Of a stretch of DNA of 64,000 nt, positions 59,448-64,000 are shown piece after piece. This DNA comes from Oscillospiraceae bacterium (GTDB lineage Bacteria; Bacillota; Clostridia; Oscillospirales; Oscillospiraceae). The stretch lies in assembly GCA_902781745.1 (NCBI GenBank), contig CACZKM010000006.1, positions 19,192-83,191 of the forward strand, given 5' to 3'. The notes beneath the pieces are model-generated. The model made no database searches and was not told where the DNA came from. It worked only from the letters and a program-made list of their open reading frames with translations. Made by a program: the position numbers and the translations under genes. Position 1 is the first letter of the stretch. Each line of letters opens with the position of its first letter.

Positions 59448-60620
59448 ATGCCCTTCACTTTCAACATCCCCACCAACTTCGTCTTCGGCCCCGGCTCCGT
59501 GCAGAAGCTCCACAAGCAGCGGCTCCCCGGCAAGAAGGCCCTCATCGTCATCTCCAGCGGCAAGTCCACCCGGGCCAACGGCTACCTGGACACCGTCCAG
59601 GACCAGCTCACCCAGGCAGGGGTAGACTTCGCCGTCTTTGACAAGATGGCCGCCAACCCCGTCATCGACAACGTCATGGACGGCGCGGCCTGCGCCCGGG
59701 AAAACGGCTGCGACTTCGTCATCGGCCTGGGCGGCGGCTCCTCCATCGACGGGGCCAAAGCCATCGCCATGATGGCTCCCAACGAGGGGAACTACTGGGA
59801 CTACATCTACGGCGGCACCGGCGGCGGCCAGAAGCTGAAGAACAAGCCCCTGCCCATTGTGGCCATCCCCACCACCGCCGGCACCGGCACCGAGCTGGAC
59901 GCCTGGACCATCATCACCAACGAGGCCACCAACGAGAAGATGAGCGGCGGCAACCGGAACACCTTCCCTGTCCTGGCCATCGTGGACCCCGACCTCATGT
60001 CCACCGTCCCCCCCAAGTTCACCGCCTACCAGGGCTTCGACGCCCTCTTCCACTCCACCGAGTCCTACATCAACAAGACCAAGAACCTCATGCGGGATAT
60101 GCTGGCCCTCCGGGCTATCGAGGCCGTGGGCCGGAACCTGGCCCGGGCCTGTGAGGACGGCAAGGACATGGCCGCCCGGGAGCAGGTGGCCTTCGCCAGC
60201 AGCCTGTCGGGCATGGTCATGAGCGTGGACAACCTGTGCTCCGAGCACTCCATGGAGCACCCTCTGTCCGCCTATCACCCGGAGATCCCCCACGGGGCGG
60301 GCCTCATCATGATCTCCAGGGCCTACTACACCCACATGGTAGAGAACTGCCCCGCCCTCCACGACCGGTTCATCGACATGGCCAAGGCCATGGGCAAGGA
60401 GGACGCCAAGGAACCCATGGACTTCGTCACCGCCCTGGTTGACCTCCAGAAGGCCTGCGGCGTGGACGACCTGAAGATGTCCGACTACGGCATCACCCCC
60501 GAGGAATTCCCCACCTTTGCCCAGAACGCCCGGACCACCATGGGCATCCTCTTCAAAATGGACCGCATCGAGCTCACCGACGAGGATCTGGTGAAGATCT
60601 ACACCGCGTCTTTCAAGTAA
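59448..60620 (+). CDS. Iron-containing alcohol dehydrogenase
   Basis: GLGGGSSIDGAK, PTTAGTGTE, DALFH, HSMEH, PHG; terminator 60633-60676. Confidence 0.94.
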   Translation: MPFTFNIPTNFVFGPGSVQKLHKQRLPGKKALIVISSGKSTRANGYLDTVQDQLTQAGVDFAVFDKMAANPVIDNVMDGAACARENGCDFVIGLGGGSSIDGAKAIAMMAPNEGNYWDYIYGGTGGGQKLKNKPLPIVAIPTTAGTGTELDAWTIITNEATNEKMSGGNRNTFPVLAIVDPDLMSTVPPKFTAYQGFDALFHSTESYINKTKNLMRDMLALRAIEAVGRNLARACEDGKDMAAREQVAFASSLSGMVMSVDNLCSEHSMEHPLSAYHPEIPHGAGLIMISRAYYTHMVENCPALHDRFIDMAKAMGKEDAKEPMDFVTALVDLQKACGVDDLKMSDYGITPEEFPTFAQNARTTMGILFKMDRIELTDEDLVKIYTASFK

Positions 60621-60751
60621 GCCTCAAAACGTAAAACAGGAGCCGTCTCCCCGCCCAGGGAAACGGCTCCTGTTTTCTGTTCGGCCTAGGGCGTCACCGC
60701 ACAATTCATGGCACGCGGATCGGTTGCAGAATGATCCGGGAATGCCCAAGA

Positions 60752-61567
60752 TTATGGGATCAGTCCCAGGCGGCCCAGCATGGCCGCCACCTCGTCCCGC
60801 TTGGCGGGGCGCTCCGGAGCGGCGCCGTCGGTGACGCCAGCTTGGACGGCCTTCTGCCACCAGCCCTCAGCCTTGCTCCAGTCGGGCTCCCCCTGGGCGG
60901 CCATGGCCTTGAGGGCCTTCCGCACCAGGGCCAGGGCCTCCCGGTCCGTGAGGTTTTCGATGATGGTCTTGACTTCCTTCTCGGTCATATCCGGTTCCTC
61001 CTTTTTCGGTTCAGATGCAGGGTCTGCCGCTGTCTTTGGCGCTTTGACGATCCAATACAGCTTGACCTGCTGCTTGAATACGGCGTAGTTTCCCCGGGTC
61101 CGGGCGTTTTTAGTGGAAGCGGGGTCGTTGATATACACCAGGTTCCCCTCGATCTTCCAAACCAGCACATAATGGCCGGAGCTGGTCCACAGGCCCTTGC
61201 CCATGCAGGCGATCACCAGGTCCCCGTTGTCCAGCGCCGCCTTGGCCTGGGCGTGATAGGGGCTGTTGGCGTTGCCGTAGAGATAGGCCGGGGTGATCTG
61301 CCTGCAATCCAGGCCGTACCGCTTGGCGGCAGCGGCGAAATAGGTGTACGCCGTGCCCTGATGGGGATACTTGTACCCGTGGGCCAGGGCCCAGGCGCAC
61401 TCGGTCCTGGGCGTCACCCCAGGGTCGGCCCAGGTGGCCAGGACCATGGCCATGGCCGTGGGGCCGCAGCCCGAGGCCCCGATGGTGGTGGATTCCCCCT
61501 TCGCCGAGTAAGAAACGCTCTTCCACCGGGGATCGGTCTGCAGATAGCTGACAGGGGCCTTATCCAT
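60752..61567 (-). CDS. C39-like cysteine peptidase, phage endolysin-like
   Basis: YLQTDPRW, SGCGPTAMAMV (Cys), GHYV (His), NDP (Asp); C-terminal W..AV..GVTDG..P.RP.KR.E SLH-like module; no signal peptide. Confidence 0.85.
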   Translation of the reverse strand: MDKAPVSYLQTDPRWKSVSYSAKGESTTIGASGCGPTAMAMVLATWADPGVTPRTECAWALAHGYKYPHQGTAYTYFAAAAKRYGLDCRQITPAYLYGNANSPYHAQAKAALDNGDLVIACMGKGLWTSSGHYVLVWKIEGNLVYINDPASTKNARTRGNYAVFKQQVKLYWIVKAPKTAADPASEPKKEEPDMTEKEVKTIIENLTDREALALVRKALKAMAAQGEPDWSKAEGWWQKAVQAGVTDGAAPERPAKRDEVAAMLGRLGLIP

Positions 61568-61763
61568 CGCTTCGTCCCTCCCCGCCGTCGCTCTGGGAGC
61601 GCTTGGTGAAGAAGTAGGTGATGATGGCCCCGTAGGCGGTGCAAAAGAGGCTTTGGGCCTCGGGGTTGGGTTCCCCGCCGGTAAAGAGCAGGGCGATCAT
61701 GGCCCCGGTCATGGCCAGGGTCACGATGCTCTTTACGTCGATGAGATCCAGCAGCTTTTTCAT
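61560..61763 (-). CDS. Small two-TM holin-like protein
   Basis: 67 aa, LIDVKSIVTL...AIITYFFTK with charged tail; RBS AAGGAGG; overlaps peptidase start. Confidence 0.7.
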   Translation of the reverse strand: MKKLLDLIDVKSIVTLAMTGAMIALLFTGGEPNPEAQSLFCTAYGAIITYFFTKRSQSDGGEGRSDG

Positions 61764-61825
61764 GGTTTTCCCTCCTTTTTTGATGGATCGGTGCAAAGAC
61801 TGCTCCACCCTTGGAGGAAATGATG

Positions 61826-61902
61826 GCAAAGTTGTACGCAAATGTACAACTTTGCAAAATTTCTTTCTCTTTCTTGACGGGAAGTCCCTTTCCAGGTACA
61901 AT
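61826..61902. promoter_or_regulatory. Perfect 12-bp inverted repeat upstream of the MFS promoter
   Basis: GCAAAGTTGTAC-N6-GTACAACTTTGC 61826-61855; TTGACG-N17-TACAAT 61874-61902. Confidence 0.7.
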
Positions 61903-61936
61903 ATCTGTGTATACGGTTTTTTCGGGAGGTGAGCTC

Positions 61937-63157
61937 ATGGCAACAAAACCCATCGGTCCCCAGCGGGCAGTCTCCATCGAGATCCTGCTCTTTCTTGCCT
62001 ACTGCTTCTTCAGCGCCTCCTGGATGGTGGGTTCCGTGGTCACCCCGGACATCATCTCGGACTTTCACATGGTCCGCCTCCCAGCCTCGGTGAACAACGC
62101 CATCTCCCTGGCCAAGATCGTGGGCAACTTCGTGGCGGCCTGGATCCTGGTGAAGCTGGGGCCGAAGAAGACCGTCACCTTCGCCTGCATCCTCATCTGC
62201 ACGGTGCTCCTGGCGGCCTTCTCCCCCAACCTGTCCCTCTTTGTCATCACCCGGTTCCTCCTGGGCTTCGGCGGGGCGGTGCTGATGATCACCATGACCC
62301 CCTATGTCGTCTACCTCTTCGAGCCCTCGAAGCACTCCCTGTGGATCGGCGTGAACAACGCCGGGCCCAACACCGGCAACCTCATCGCCCTGCTGTCCAT
62401 CACGGCAGTGCGGGCCTGGCTGGGGAACTGGCGGTATGTGGTCTTCTTCTACGGGGCCTTCAGCCTGGTCTTCCTCCTCTTCTGGCTCTTCGTGGGCAAG
62501 GACTATCCCATCGCCCCGAAAAAAAAGGAGGAGGGGCCCATCTACCGCTACCGGGACGGTCTGAAGGAGCCCTTCCTCTATGAATTCCTCTTCACCATGA
62601 CCGGGCGGCTGGTGATGTACACCGTCCTCCTCTATCTGGTGCCCCTGAACCCCACCCTGGTGGTGGACGGCCAGTTCATCTCCCTGATGATCGCCCTGAC
62701 GGGCATTCCCGGCACCATCATCGGCATTATCCTGGCGAAAAAGCTCAAGCGGCAGATGTCCCTCTTCCGCTTCTCGGGCATCGCCCAGTCGGTGCTCTTC
62801 TTCATCGTCATCCTCATCCCCCACGCGCCGACGGTGACCATCTGCTCGGTGCTCCTGGGCTTCGTGATCTTCATCTCCACCCCCTCCCTCTTCACTCTGC
62901 CCACCAAGCTCCCCGGGGCCACCCCCCAGAAGGTGGCGGTCATCCTCACCCTCTACTGGTCCATGGCCTACACCCTCCAAATGATCATCTACGCCATCGT
63001 GGTCCGGCTGGTCAACTACAAGACCTGGCACGTGGCCATGGTGGTCACGGCGGTGTACTCCCTGACCTTCCTCATCGGCACCTTCCTCCTGCCGGACTTC
63101 GACAAGCCCAGGGGGCGGGAAGAGCTCCCCAAACCCCAAGACGAAGCCGAGCCGTAA
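61937..63157 (+). CDS. MFS transporter
   Basis: Twelve hydrophobic segments; KLGPKK motif A-like; RFLLGFG; RBS GGAGG. Confidence 0.88.
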   Translation: MATKPIGPQRAVSIEILLFLAYCFFSASWMVGSVVTPDIISDFHMVRLPASVNNAISLAKIVGNFVAAWILVKLGPKKTVTFACILICTVLLAAFSPNLSLFVITRFLLGFGGAVLMITMTPYVVYLFEPSKHSLWIGVNNAGPNTGNLIALLSITAVRAWLGNWRYVVFFYGAFSLVFLLFWLFVGKDYPIAPKKKEEGPIYRYRDGLKEPFLYEFLFTMTGRLVMYTVLLYLVPLNPTLVVDGQFISLMIALTGIPGTIIGIILAKKLKRQMSLFRFSGIAQSVLFFIVILIPHAPTVTICSVLLGFVIFISTPSLFTLPTKLPGATPQKVAVILTLYWSMAYTLQMIIYAIVVRLVNYKTWHVAMVVTAVYSLTFLIGTFLLPDFDKPRGREELPKPQDEAEP

Positions 63158-63219
63158 CAACAAGTGCATGCAAGGATAACATGACCCGGACGGGAGCTCC
63201 CGTCCGGGTCCTTCTTGTA

Positions 63220-64000
63220 TCAGATCCTATGGCTCCGCTTCCCGTTCTCCCGATAGGCCAGAGCGATGAACAGCAGGGTCAGGGCCAGGAAGCAGGAGAA
63301 GAGGATGTAAGCCGGGATATAGCTCCCCCCGGCCCGGTCGGCCAGAATGCCGGGCACGCTGGCAAAGAGGAGGGCGCCTCCGGCGTAGACCACCTGGAGC
63401 CGCCGGACCACCTTGGGATAATTGTCCGGAGAGGCCATGTCCCCCGCCCACACCGAGGGACCGATGGTGGCGATGGGATAGCCCACCCCCAGGCAGGCCA
63501 CGGTGACCACCGCCAGGGGGGCGCTCCCCAGGAAGGCTAGGCAGCAGAGGACATGCCCCGCCAGGAGGACCGCCCCGAAGAGGAGGCTGGAGGTCCTGCC
63601 TCCCACCCGGTCGGTGGCGCCGCCGTAGAGAAGCTTGCCCACAGTGATCATCAGGCCGGTGCCGCTGATGAGCACGGCCACGGTCATGGCGGAGAAGCCC
63701 TCGGAGGTGAAGAGGACGGAGAGATGGGAGAAGCCGGGGTTGGCCAGGCCCCCCATGGTCAGGCTCACCAGGAACATCAGAACCCACATCTTCGGGGTCA
63801 GGCTGAAGGACCGGACCGGGGCAGCTTCCCCGCCCGGGGCGTTCTCCGGCCGGGGCTCCTGCCCGTAGGGGGACAGGCCCTTTTCCGCCGGGTCGTTCCG
63901 CAGAAGGAGAAAAATCAGGGCCGCGGCGGCAAAGATGAACACCGCCTCAATGCGGAAGGCCGCCGCCATGGACAGGCCCTCCACCAGCCGAGTGGTCACC
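63220..64000 (-). CDS. MFS transporter (5' part outside window)
   Basis: GKLLYGGATDRVG, PGILADRAGGSY; hydrophobic segments. Confidence 0.85.
   Translation of the reverse strand, partial: VTTRLVEGLSMAAAFRIEAVFIFAAAALIFLLLRNDPAEKGLSPYGQEPRPENAPGGEAAPVRSFSLTPKMWVLMFLVSLTMGGLANPGFSHLSVLFTSEGFSAMTVAVLISGTGLMITVGKLLYGGATDRVGGRTSSLLFGAVLLAGHVLCCLAFLGSAPLAVVTVACLGVGYPIATIGPSVWAGDMASPDNYPKVVRRLQVVYAGGALLFASVPGILADRAGGSYIPAYILFSCFLALTLLFIALAYRENGKRSHRI

Overview
High-GC chromosomal window from a spore-forming Clostridia member, most likely Oscillospiraceae (inferred from spoIIE, SLH and copper-amine-oxidase-N 'stalk' surface proteins, a T-box cysE-cysS unit and the intergenic repeat style). About 45 credible CDSs, mostly housekeeping or metabolic: spoIIE, cysE-cysS, an ArgD-like aminotransferase, mtnA plus class II aldolase, LCP, D,D-carboxypeptidase-SLH, clostripain, an MMPL pair, hbd/acd/ech, a DEAD helicase, azlCD, mnmG-mnmA, BlaI plus two M56 sensors, nitrilase, Fe-ADH and MFS transporters. 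I saw no tRNA, rRNA, CRISPR array, integrase or transposase. Most other ORFs in the track are GC-rich shadow frames. The unexplained signal is mainly non-coding. (1) A nested modular palindromic element occurs at 20.1-20.75 kb and 57.3-58.5 kb, with conserved left and right arms around a different central cassette; its sub-modules recur at 33.0 and 42.3 kb. (2) A stand-alone promoter-uORF-structured RNA-terminator unit at 26.55-26.96 kb is followed by a CU-rich small RNA. (3) A ~225-nt nested-stem leader with an alternative pairing lies upstream of a DUF4157-GNAT pair. Also seen: a recombination scar that duplicated the spoIIE promoter, a two-component system collapsed by a microhomology deletion, an orphan holin-C39 lysin cassette, and a compositionally foreign central segment in a Pip/YhgE-like coiled-coil protein. 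All family calls are motif recognition by eye; no searches were run.
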